DNA from: an uncultured Solirubrobacterales bacterium | GTDB lineage: Bacteria > Actinomycetota > Thermoleophilia > Solirubrobacterales > 70-9 | Assembly: GCA_963807885.1 (NCBI GenBank) | Contig: CAWEDL010000003.1 | Location: 343,010 to 407,009 of the forward strand | Length of the DNA: 64,000 nt | Direction: 5' to 3' | Part shown: piece after piece, positions 43,619 to 51,795 of the stretch | How the letters are laid out: every line of letters begins with the position of its first letter | Position numbering within the stretch: the first letter of the stretch is position 1 | The notes under the pieces: generated by a model | Database searches by the model: none | Seen by the model: only the letters and a program-made list of their open reading frames with translations | Told to the model about the DNA's origin: nothing | Made by a program: the position numbers and the translations under genes

Positions 43619-44317
43619 TTGACGCCTCACAGTCCTGGCACCGACCAGATCGACACGCTGTTGTGGATCGGCTTCGTCGCCGCGACGATTCTCATCGTCG
43701 CGGTCGTCGGCGGGTTGCTCTACATGCTGCGCCGCTACCGCGCCGAGCGCGGCGCCGAGCCGCACCAAATCACCGGCGGCCGCCGGATCCAGGTTCGCGT
43801 CGGCGCCCTGCTGGGAATCTTCGCCGTGGTGCTGTTCGTGCTCAGCGTCGCCTACACCGACAGGGCCCGCGAGACGCCAGCCACCGGCAGCGCCGGGCTG
43901 CAGGTCTCCCACTCCGAGCCGCTGAAGATCGCGACGACCGGGCAGCAGTGGCTATGGCGCTACGACTACCCGAACGAAGCCTTCTCCTATTACAAGCTCG
44001 TCGTTCCGGTCGATACCGCGGTCGAACTGGACCTCGTCTCGACCGACGTCGTCCACACCTGGGACGTGCCGGCCCTGGCCGCCAAGAGCGACGCGGTACC
44101 CGGCAAGACCAACCACGTCGTCTTCCGCGCCGACGAGGAAGGCACCTACTTCGGCCGAGCGGCAACCCTCTCGGGCCAGGCTTACGCCTCGATGCGAACC
44201 GAGGTGGAAGTCGTCTCGCCCGACGAATACAAAGCCTTCATCGCGGGCGAGAAGAAAGACATCCAGTCGGCGCAGGACCGCGTCGTCGGCCTGATCGAAG
44301 AAGGGAAGACCCCATGA
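43619..44317 (+). CDS. cytochrome oxidase subunit II-like protein lacking the CuA site
   Basis: 232 aa (TTG start) with two N-terminal TM segments plus a cupredoxin-like domain. The canonical H..C.E.CG..H..M motif reads DVVHTW...YFGRAATLSGQAYASM, so both Cys and the second His are replaced. Confidence 0.75.
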   Translation: MTPHSPGTDQIDTLLWIGFVAATILIVAVVGGLLYMLRRYRAERGAEPHQITGGRRIQVRVGALLGIFAVVLFVLSVAYTDRARETPATGSAGLQVSHSEPLKIATTGQQWLWRYDYPNEAFSYYKLVVPVDTAVELDLVSTDVVHTWDVPALAAKSDAVPGKTNHVVFRADEEGTYFGRAATLSGQAYASMRTEVEVVSPDEYKAFIAGEKKDIQSAQDRVVGLIEEGKTP

Positions 44318-45999
44318 GCGCGCCCGTGCGGAATCCCGAGCTGGTCATCGACGGCTTCCCGCCGCGCCGCCCCCGCTGGGTGCAGATCGCCACCAGCGCC
44401 GACCACAAGGACCTCGGTCGGATCCTGATCAGCGGCGCCCTCGGCTTCCTCTTCATCGCCCTGGTCGAGCTGTTGATGATGCGGCTGCAGCTGGCGATCC
44501 CCGAGAACACCTTCCTCAACCCGGTCACCTTCAACCGGATGCTCTCGCTCTACGGCGCGACCGCGATCTTCTTCTTCGCGCTGCCGCTCGCCGTCGGCTT
44601 CTTCTACTACGTGGCGCCGCTGCAGATCGGCGCCCGCGGCACGGCCCTGCCGCGCGTCGGCCAAATCGGCACCTGGCTCTTCATCGCCGGCGCCACCGTG
44701 CTCTACGCGGGCTTCCTCTTCACCCCGACCGAGGCCGGCGTGAATCCCCTGCCGCCGCTTTCCGGGATCACCTTCCTGCCCAACAACGGCGTCGACGCCT
44801 GGGCCGCGGCGACCGGGCTGGCGACGCTCGGCTTCGTGCTGATCGCCGTCGACCTGGTGGCGACGCTGCGCCGCCTGCGCGCCCCGGGCATGGCCTGGCG
44901 ACGCCTACCGGTCTTTTCCTGGGCGGCGGCAATCAGCTCCTCGCTGCTCCTGGTGATCGGCCCGGTGATGCTGGCCGCGATCACGATGCTGCTGATCGAT
45001 CGCAACTTCGACGGGATCTTCTTCGCCGGCGACGCGGGCGGCTCGCCGCTGCTCTGGCAGCACCTCAGCTGGATCTTCTTCACCGGCGCCTACATGCTGG
45101 TCCTGATCTTCGCCCTCGGCGCGATCGCCGAGATCGTCCCGGCCCTCTCGCGCAAGCCGCTGTTCAACCGTGGCGCCGTGATCGGCTCGCTGGTCGCGAT
45201 CGCCGTTCTCGGCACGCTCGCCTGGATGCAGAACATGTACACGGCGCCGATCGGGATCGGCTGGAAGTACTTCGCGATGGCGATGTCACTGGCCCTGATC
45301 GTCCCCTTCGGGCTGATCTTCTTCAACCTGATCGCGACGCTCTCCGGCGGCACGGTGAAGATGCGGGCGCCGCTTCTCTTCGCTACCGGCGCGCTGGTGA
45401 TGATCTCGATCGGCCTGGCCTCGGAGACCTCGCACGCGATGGTCGCCCTGGGCTGGCGCCTGCAGCACACCACCGACAGCACTGCGGCAACCCATTTCGC
45501 CCTCGTCGGCGGCGCTGTCTTCGGCGGCTTCGCGGCGCTGCACTGGTGGTTCCCGAAGATGACCGGCCGTGCCATGGGCGAGACCCTCGGGCGCTTCTCC
45601 TTCTGGACGATGGCCGTGGGATCGTTGCTCGCCTTCTTCCCCCTGTTTCCCGCCGGCGGCTTCGAGGATCAGGTGGTCGACGCCTACAAGTTCTTCAACG
45701 ACAGCGATCTCAACGCCTACAACCTGATCGCCACGATCGGCTCCTTCATCCTCGCCGTGGGGATCGTGATGGGCGTGGTCAACGCGATTCTCAGTCGCGA
45801 GGGCGGCGCTCCCACCGGGCACGACGCCTGGGGTGGCGACTCGCTCGAGTGGTTCGCCCTTTCGCCGCCGGACCCGCATAACTTCGACGTCCTGCCCGAC
45901 GTGCGCAGCCCCAGGCCGATGCGCGACATTCGCGAGGCGATCGCCCATCGCAGTGCCCGTGCCGAGCGTCCGGCCCGCGAATCGCAGCCGGTAGCGTAG
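44314..45999 (+). CDS. heme-copper oxidase subunit I-like protein lacking 5 of 6 canonical metal-ligand histidines
   Basis: ATG 44314 overlaps the previous TGA (ATGA). 561 aa, 12-TM COX1-like, and can be aligned by eye to the window's own CtaD. THAVLMIF becomes LYGATAIF, WFYSHPAVY becomes WIFFTGAYM, WAHHMF becomes WMQNMY, and AHIHF becomes AATHF. Confidence 0.75.
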   Translation: MSAPVRNPELVIDGFPPRRPRWVQIATSADHKDLGRILISGALGFLFIALVELLMMRLQLAIPENTFLNPVTFNRMLSLYGATAIFFFALPLAVGFFYYVAPLQIGARGTALPRVGQIGTWLFIAGATVLYAGFLFTPTEAGVNPLPPLSGITFLPNNGVDAWAAATGLATLGFVLIAVDLVATLRRLRAPGMAWRRLPVFSWAAAISSSLLLVIGPVMLAAITMLLIDRNFDGIFFAGDAGGSPLLWQHLSWIFFTGAYMLVLIFALGAIAEIVPALSRKPLFNRGAVIGSLVAIAVLGTLAWMQNMYTAPIGIGWKYFAMAMSLALIVPFGLIFFNLIATLSGGTVKMRAPLLFATGALVMISIGLASETSHAMVALGWRLQHTTDSTAATHFALVGGAVFGGFAALHWWFPKMTGRAMGETLGRFSFWTMAVGSLLAFFPLFPAGGFEDQVVDAYKFFNDSDLNAYNLIATIGSFILAVGIVMGVVNAILSREGGAPTGHDAWGGDSLEWFALSPPDPHNFDVLPDVRSPRPMRDIREAIAHRSARAERPARESQPVA

Positions 46000-46004
46000 G
46001 CGCC

Positions 46005-46907
46005 ATGAGCGGCGCCCAAACGGCTGCCATCCCGCAGAGTGCCGTCGCGCCCTCGCTGCTGCGCGACTTCCTCACGCTGACCAAGCCGAAGGTGCAGTCG
46101 CTGCTGCTCTTCACCACGGTGACGACGATGTACGTCGCCGGCGACCCCTCGCTTGGGCTGGTCTTCCTGACCTGCCTGGGCGGTGCTCTGTCCGCCGGCG
46201 GGGCCGGCGCGATCAACCACGCGATCGACCGCGACATCGACCTCACCATGGCCCGCACCGCCACCCGCCCGGTGGCCAGCGGCCGCATCTCGGCGCGGAC
46301 GGCGATCGGCTTCGGCGCCCTGCTGGAGCTCTGCTCCTTCACCCTGCTGGCGCTGGCGGTCAACCCACTGGCCGCGGCGCTCTCCTTCTCGGGCTTCGCC
46401 GGCTACGTCTTCGTCTACACCCTTTGGCTGAAGCGCACGACGCCGCAGAACATCGTCATCGGCGGCGCGGCGGGCGCGGTCCCGCCCCTGGTCGCCTGGG
46501 CGGCGGTTACGGGCAGCCTCAGCGGCACCGCCTTCTACCTCTTCGCGATCATCTTCTTCTGGACCCCGCCGCACTTCTGGGCGCTCTCGCTGCTGATGGT
46601 GGACGAGTACGCGAACGCGAAAATCCCGATGATGCCGGTGGTCCGCGGTGAGGACGAGACCCGCCGCCAGATCCTCCTCTACACGATCCTGCTCTACGCG
46701 GTGACGCAGCTCCCCTTCTGCGCCGGCGGTTTCGGGGTCGAGTACCTCGTCGCCTCGATGGCCCTGGGCGCCGGCTTCATCTACTGCGCCGTGCGCCTGC
46801 TGCGCAGCGCCGACCGCCGCTGGGCCCTGCGCACCTACCTCTTCTCTCTCGCCTACCTGGCCCTGCTCTTCCTGGCGATGCCACTCGACCGGCTGATCGG
46901 GACCTAG
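46005..46907 (+). CDS. ctaB: protoheme IX farnesyltransferase (heme O synthase)
   Basis: 300 aa UbiA-family protein. GAGAINHAIDRDID and WTPPHFWALS motifs. Starts 5 nt after the CoxI-like stop. Confidence 0.9.
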   Translation: MSGAQTAAIPQSAVAPSLLRDFLTLTKPKVQSLLLFTTVTTMYVAGDPSLGLVFLTCLGGALSAGGAGAINHAIDRDIDLTMARTATRPVASGRISARTAIGFGALLELCSFTLLALAVNPLAAALSFSGFAGYVFVYTLWLKRTTPQNIVIGGAAGAVPPLVAWAAVTGSLSGTAFYLFAIIFFWTPPHFWALSLLMVDEYANAKIPMMPVVRGEDETRRQILLYTILLYAVTQLPFCAGGFGVEYLVASMALGAGFIYCAVRLLRSADRRWALRTYLFSLAYLALLFLAMPLDRLIGT

Positions 46908-46936
46908 CGCCCTGCCTGCCTGATAGAAATCCAGCC

Positions 46937-47050
46937 GTGGATCGCGAGACCGCCAGACGAGACATGGGTGCCGGCCTGCTGGCCGGTGGGATCGCCGCGG
47001 GCATCTTCGCCCTCTGCTTCGTCGCCGCCATGCTCTACATCGCGTCATGA
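46937..47050 (+). CDS. possible 28-37-aa single-TM micro-protein
   Basis: GTG 46937 or ATG 46964 to TGA 47048-47050: (VDRETARRD)MGAGLLAGGIAAGIFALCFVAAMLYIAS. No homology evidence. Confidence 0.3.
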   Translation: MDRETARRDMGAGLLAGGIAAGIFALCFVAAMLYIAS

Positions 47051-47114
47051 GCGCGGAGCGACCAAGCGTGCATATCTGGTTCTTCGCGCCGGGAGCGGAG
47101 CGCGAAGCATTGTG

Positions 47115-47405
47115 ATGAGCGCGGAGCGCAAGATCCCCGAGCCCGGCGAGATGGTCTACGCCACACGCCCCTCCTGGGCGCCCGCCTTCTTCGCCTTCGC
47201 CGCCGCTCTCGCGGTCTGCGGAGTCTTTGCCGAGGGCTTCATGGTCCGCGGCTGGATCTACTCGATCATCGGCATCGTCGTCGCACTCTTCGCCCTGCGC
47301 GCCATGATCAGGAGCGCGACGCGAGATTACTTCCGCCTGCCGCGTCGGCAGAAGGCGCGCGGCGGCGTATTGCCGGTGGAAACCATTTCTCCGCCGCGCT
47401 CCTAA
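47115..47405 (+). CDS. hypothetical two-TM membrane protein
   Basis: ATG 47115: MSAERKIPEPGEMVYATRPSWAPAFFAFAAALAVCGVF...IYSIIGIVVALFAL. The upstream part of the track ORF is not protein-like. Confidence 0.5.
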   Translation: MSAERKIPEPGEMVYATRPSWAPAFFAFAAALAVCGVFAEGFMVRGWIYSIIGIVVALFALRAMIRSATRDYFRLPRRQKARGGVLPVETISPPRS

Positions 47406-47415
47406 GCGCGAGCGT

Positions 47416-47817
47416 TCAGTCTGGCGTCATCCCCGACGTCGCTCCAGCGCTCGTCCACACCCTGACAATGTCGCGGATCGAGAGGACCCCGACCAGATTC
47501 CCCTCGTCGAAGACGACCAGGTGGCGGATGCCGCGCCTCGACATCTCCGAGGCGGCATGCTCGAGGCTCCAGTCGGGCGAGGCGGCCACGACGCCCTCGC
47601 TCATATGCTCGGAGACCAGCTCCTCATCGGGATCCTCACCATGGCCGAGCGAGTTGAGGATGTCGCGCTCGGTGACGATGCACGGCACCGGGCGCTCGTC
47701 GTCGGTGACCAGGGCCGCCCCGATGCCCTTCTCGACCATCATCGCCGCCGCCTCGCGCAACGTGTGCGATGGCCCGACGGTCAACACCACCTCCGACATC
47801 CCGTCCCGTACCTGCAT
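47416..47817 (-). CDS. CBS-domain pair protein
   Basis: ATG 47817 is preceded by AAGGAGG. 133 aa with two CBS repeats (...GIGAALVTDDE..., ...RHLVVFDEGNLVGVLSIRDI). Confidence 0.85.
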   Translation of the reverse strand: MQVRDGMSEVVLTVGPSHTLREAAAMMVEKGIGAALVTDDERPVPCIVTERDILNSLGHGEDPDEELVSEHMSEGVVAASPDWSLEHAASEMSRRGIRHLVVFDEGNLVGVLSIRDIVRVWTSAGATSGMTPD

Positions 47818-47948
47818 TCCCGTCCGCCTCCTTCGTCTTTCGCGGGTTAGTGATGATCGCCTCAAGCCTACCCGACGGGAGGCACTCCACACGCAGCTTG
47901 GGAGCGGCCCCGACGTATAGACTCCGGCGCGCTTCGCGCCGCACGACG

Positions 47949-48665
47949 ATGCTCAAGCCAACGACCCCGATCCGACCCCTTCTCGCCCTTGCCGCCCTGG
48001 TCGCGGTGGCCCTTGCGGCCTCCGGCTGTGGCACCAGCACGGCGGACGAGCAGCGTGGCCGCGTCCTCTTCGTGCAGAAATGCGGCACCTGCCACGCGAT
48101 GGCGCAGGCGGGCACGACGGCCCAGATCGGGCCCGACCTCGACGACGCCTTCGCCGCCGCCCGCGAAGCCGGCGAGGGTGGCGAAACGATCGAAGGGATC
48201 GTCGAAGCGCAGGTCGAGTTCCCACGGCCGAGCAACAGCAACCCCGCCGCCTCGATGCCGGCTGACCTGGTCACCGGCCAGGACCTCGAGGACGTCGCCG
48301 CCTACGTCGGCATGTACGCCGGCGTCCCTGGCGCCGCCCCGCCGAAAGTCCCGGGTGGCCCTGGCGCTCAGGTCTTCGCCAGCAATGGCTGCGGTGGCTG
48401 CCACACGCTGGCCGAGGCCGAATCGGGCGGAACCGTCGGACCGAACCTCGACGAAGTCCTGCCCGGGCAGTCCCTGGCGATGATCGAAGAGGACATCGCC
48501 GATCCCAATGCCGCAATCGCCAAAGGCTTCCCACCGAACGTGATGCCCGCCGATTACGAGCAAACGCTGACGCCGAAAGAACTCAAGGACCTGGCCCAGT
48601 TCCTGCTGGAAAGCACCCAGTCCGGCGGCGGCAAGGGCGGCGGCTCGAAAAGCCAGGGCGGCTGA
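47949..48665 (+). CDS. di-heme c-type cytochrome lipoprotein
   Basis: ATG 47949: signal/lipobox LAASGCG. Two CxxCH motifs (CGTCH, CGGCH), each followed by a distal Met region. Confidence 0.85.
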   Translation: MLKPTTPIRPLLALAALVAVALAASGCGTSTADEQRGRVLFVQKCGTCHAMAQAGTTAQIGPDLDDAFAAAREAGEGGETIEGIVEAQVEFPRPSNSNPAASMPADLVTGQDLEDVAAYVGMYAGVPGAAPPKVPGGPGAQVFASNGCGGCHTLAEAESGGTVGPNLDEVLPGQSLAMIEEDIADPNAAIAKGFPPNVMPADYEQTLTPKELKDLAQFLLESTQSGGGKGGGSKSQGG

Positions 48666-48672
48666 TCCACCC

Positions 48673-48690
48673 GCGGCCGCTCCCGGCCGC
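48673..48690 (+). terminator. GC hairpin GCGGCC-GCTCCC-GGCCGC between the cytochrome c gene and ctaA, no U-tract
   Basis: 6-bp perfect stem seen 8 nt after the stop. Function is not established. Confidence 0.2.
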
Positions 48691-48709
48691 TGACATCATC
48701 TGAGGACGC

Positions 48710-49738
48710 ATGGGGACCCGCCTCAAAGACCGCCTCGACATCTCTCCTCAGCGCTATGCCCAGGTCACCTCGGTCGCGCTCGCGGCGCTGGCGCTGATCG
48801 TGCTGACCGGCGCCGGCGTGCGGATCACGGGGTCCGGCCTCGGCTGCCCGGATTGGCCCAAATGCTACGGCGGCACGGTGCCCCCGCTCGACACCCACGC
48901 GGTGATCGAGTACGGCAACCGGGTGCTCACCGGCTTCGTCGGCCTCGCCGTGATCGCAGCCAGCGTCCTCGCCTGGTTTCGGCGCCCCTTTCGCTGGCAC
49001 CTCGCCTTCTTCGGCGCCCTGCTGCCACTCGGCGTGATCGGGCAGGCGATCCTCGGCGCCCTGGTCGTCAAGTACCACCTCGCCCCCGGGCTGGTGATGA
49101 GCCACTTCATCCTCTCGATGCTGTTGCTCGACGCCGCCTTCGCCCTCGCCTGGTGCTCGCGCTACGAGCCGGGCGAGCGGCGCTTCTCGACCGACCGGCT
49201 CGGCGTCTGGGCGGTGCGGACGCTGATTCCCATCGGCCAGCTGACGATCCTCGCCGGGACGATCGCCACGGCTTCCGGGCCCCACGCCGGCGCCCACGAC
49301 GGCCAGCTCGTCCACCGCTTCACCTTCGAGGGCACGGGCACCCTGGAGTGGGTCGTGCAGCGCCACTCGGCAATCGCAGCCGTGTTCGGCTTTGCCGCGG
49401 TCGCCGTCTGGCTGTTTCTACGCCGTCCTGACGGCGACAGACGCGCCGTAAGACCCCTGACCGCGGTAATCGGCCTGCTCGCCCTCCAGGGCGCTGTAGG
49501 GGGACTGCAGTGGGCCCTGGAGCTGCCCGGCGAGCTCGTCTGGATCCACGTGGCCCTGGCCACGATCACCTGGCTGGCGATGCTGTGGACGGTGGCTACG
49601 GCGGGGAGGCTGGAGCCGCGGGCTCAGCCGTCAGGTCGACGACAACGTGGGTTATCGGCAGATCGATCTCCGCACGCGCCCGGTCGACCACGCCGTGCTC
49701 CAGCCAGCGCGAGCGGTGCGGCGGGTGGGTCGAGATGA
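48710..49738 (+). CDS. ctaA: heme A synthase (COX15/CtaA family)
   Basis: 342 aa with VRITGSGLGCPDWPKCYG motif and 8 TM. The last ~45 codons overlap the convergent gene and may not be genuine. Confidence 0.85.
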   Translation: MGTRLKDRLDISPQRYAQVTSVALAALALIVLTGAGVRITGSGLGCPDWPKCYGGTVPPLDTHAVIEYGNRVLTGFVGLAVIAASVLAWFRRPFRWHLAFFGALLPLGVIGQAILGALVVKYHLAPGLVMSHFILSMLLLDAAFALAWCSRYEPGERRFSTDRLGVWAVRTLIPIGQLTILAGTIATASGPHAGAHDGQLVHRFTFEGTGTLEWVVQRHSAIAAVFGFAAVAVWLFLRRPDGDRRAVRPLTAVIGLLALQGAVGGLQWALELPGELVWIHVALATITWLAMLWTVATAGRLEPRAQPSGRRQRGLSADRSPHAPGRPRRAPASASGAAGGSR

Positions 49739-50258
49739 CGATCTCGTCCGCGGGGAAGACGCGCAGCGCGTCCTCGATCGCCACGTTCGGGTCGGAATCG
49801 CCGATCTCACCCCTTGCCTCGAGGCCCTGCCTCTCGATCTCGATCCGCGAGAGCTCCATCCGCTGCCGCGCCAACTCGATCGCTTCGTCGACGTCGGAAG
49901 CCCAGTGCTCGGCGCGCGAAACACCGAGAGCCGGCGTGACGACCAGGATCTCGCAGTCCCGGTTACGGCAGCGCTCGCGAATCTCATCGAACAACGCCTC
50001 ACCACCGACGGTCTCGTTGGCGACGACGAGCAGCCTGTGCTTGCCGTCCCCGCCCCGGGTCAAGGCAACGCTGCGCGGCAGCGAGCCACGCGAGTTCCGA
50101 TAAGCGACACCAGCCCCAAAGCCAAGCAGCAGCGCCGCCCACACGACTCCGATGACCGGCCGGGTCAGCAACGTCAGCAAGATCACCGACACCGCCGCGA
50201 CCCCGATCACAACCACCCACCGAAACGCATCAGCCTCGGATCTCAGCGGATTGTGCAT
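49596..50258 (-). CDS. membrane-anchored USP-like (HUP-class) domain protein
   Basis: 220 aa with two TM segments, then HRLLVVANETVGGEALFDEI...ILVVTPAL...HWASDVDEAIELARQR...GEIGDSDPNVAIEDAL...DEIVISTHPPHRSRWLE...PITHVVV. Paralogous to 17339..17938 and 52421..53294. Confidence 0.6.
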   Translation of the reverse strand: MHNPLRSEADAFRWVVVIGVAAVSVILLTLLTRPVIGVVWAALLLGFGAGVAYRNSRGSLPRSVALTRGGDGKHRLLVVANETVGGEALFDEIRERCRNRDCEILVVTPALGVSRAEHWASDVDEAIELARQRMELSRIEIERQGLEARGEIGDSDPNVAIEDALRVFPADEIVISTHPPHRSRWLEHGVVDRARAEIDLPITHVVVDLTAEPAAPASPP

Positions 50259-50298
50259 ACCCCTAGTTTTACCGCGTGGCTAAGAGATGTAAACAGCC

Positions 50299-51795
50299 TT
50301 AGCCAATACGGAACCGGCTTATCGCATCGTCGCCCACGTCCAAGCCGTAGAGCCAGCGCCCGTCGGGGCTGAGCAGCAGCTGGCTCACCTTGTAGAGGCC
50401 CGAGCCGTAGCCGCGGCGGCTGCCGGTCTTGAGGACCTTGGAGCAGGCCCCGTTACCGTCGGGACCGAATTTCGCGTCCGCGGTCATGCAACCGAGATAC
50501 GAGAGCTTCCCGTTTGCGGGGTTGCGCTTGAAGGCCGCGAGCGCGGAGTCCGCGCCCGCCGCGACGTAGAGACGGCGGCCGTTCCTGCTCACCACGACAC
50601 CGCGGGCGCCGCTCAGGCCGGTGCCGTCCGCCAGGCGGCGGGCGGCCGGGATGATCGTGCAGGTGGGCGATTCCCGCGTAGCGGCGATGCACGCCGTCGC
50701 GGTCAGGTCACCGGTCCCTCGGTTGCGCTTGAACACCTCCAGCGACCCGAACATCGAGGTCGCGTACAGCGAGCGGCCGTCTGGGCTCAGCGCCAGGCCG
50801 GTGGGCGCGTCGAGCCCGCCGTAGGAGTGGCGCCCCGCGGTCCGCGCCAGCGTGCAGGATGGCTGCAGGCGCTTGTTCTCGGTGATGCAGCTGCGAAAGG
50901 CGATCTTGCCGCTTGCGCGGTTGAGGTCGAAGGTGACGACGCTGCCGCCGTGCTGGTTGGCCAGGTAGAGGGTTCGCCCACCCGGCGCGATCAGCGGGCT
51001 GCGCGGATCGTCGATCACGTCCTTCTTCGTGCGTACGCACGGCGGCGAGTCGCTGGGCAGCGCCGTCAGGCAACCGGCGTAGCTGAGCGCGCCGCTGCCG
51101 GGGTCGCGCTGGAAGGTGGTGATGGCGAAATCCTGCGCGACGTAGACGAAGCGATCGTTGGGGCTGATCACGATCCCCACTGGATCGCTCAGGGCAGGGC
51201 TCGACATGGTCGGGTTCGGCGGGGCACCGGGAAGCATCGTGCACACCCCGGGGTTGTCGTTGTTCATTTCGGTGCTGCCGGTGACACAGCTGCGGAAGCT
51301 GAGCGAGCCGGTGAGCGGATCTCGGGCGAACGCCATGACCGTGCTGTCGCCGCCGTTCACGCCGCTGGTCGTGTAGGCGAAGCGGCCGTCGTGGCTGACG
51401 GCGAGCGCGTTGACCAGGTTGAGTCCCGAGCCGGTCGTCGTCTTGACCGTGGCGAGCTCGGTGCACGGCCCGCCGAAGTTCCCGGTGAGACAGTCCACGA
51501 AGGAGAGCGCCCCACTTGCCGCCGTGCGCCCGTAGTTGACCACGGACGAGGTGGACGATCCGGTCGCGTACAGCGACGAGCCATTCGCTGCCAGCGCCAT
51601 CGCGCTCGGACGGTCCATCGCTTTGCCGGAGTTGCTCGGCGGAGGCGCGAGCCGACAGCCACCCTTTTGTGCCACATCCGGGTGGGCGGTGACGCAACCG
51701 GCAAAGGAAACACCCAGGTCGCCGTGCGCAACTGCCGGCCAAACGAACAGGGCCACGGCCGCGAAGAGCAATGCGCCCCTTTGCAGCGACCGCAT
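50299..51795 (-). CDS. secreted seven-repeat beta-propeller-like protein with two Cys per repeat
   Basis: ATG 51795 shares a base with the ctaE TAA (TAATG). Signal peptide MRSLQRGALLFAAVALFVWPAVAHG. Seven ~60-70-aa repeats of the form L-S-F/Y-x-x-C-hydrophobic-T ... C ... SPDGR-LY. Confidence 0.7.
   Translation of the reverse strand: MRSLQRGALLFAAVALFVWPAVAHGDLGVSFAGCVTAHPDVAQKGGCRLAPPPSNSGKAMDRPSAMALAANGSSLYATGSSTSSVVNYGRTAASGALSFVDCLTGNFGGPCTELATVKTTTGSGLNLVNALAVSHDGRFAYTTSGVNGGDSTVMAFARDPLTGSLSFRSCVTGSTEMNNDNPGVCTMLPGAPPNPTMSSPALSDPVGIVISPNDRFVYVAQDFAITTFQRDPGSGALSYAGCLTALPSDSPPCVRTKKDVIDDPRSPLIAPGGRTLYLANQHGGSVVTFDLNRASGKIAFRSCITENKRLQPSCTLARTAGRHSYGGLDAPTGLALSPDGRSLYATSMFGSLEVFKRNRGTGDLTATACIAATRESPTCTIIPAARRLADGTGLSGARGVVVSRNGRRLYVAAGADSALAAFKRNPANGKLSYLGCMTADAKFGPDGNGACSKVLKTGSRRGYGSGLYKVSQLLLSPDGRWLYGLDVGDDAISRFRIG

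Noticed and set aside
40569-43622. 1017-aa ORF on the plus strand, the longest in the track
   Set aside because: It lies antisense to trxB, the UPF0104 gene and the PAP2 gene. The translation is low-complexity (rich in R, G, D, A, E, P) with no motif. This is a typical high-GC shadow ORF.
43619-45999. Explaining the ligand loss in the CoxI/CoxII-like pair by the same indel artefact as elsewhere
   Set aside because: Both ORFs are continuous and COX-like along their full length. The ligand changes are point substitutions at five or more separate sites embedded in otherwise alignable motifs, which frameshifts cannot generate.
49596-49738. 143-nt convergent overlap of ctaA with the USP-like gene as a functional antisense arrangement
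   Set aside because: The ctaA tail beyond ~49640 is Arg/Pro/Ala-rich and unlike CtaA C-termini. It is probably high-GC read-through before the first stop, or an undetected indel, rather than a designed overlap.
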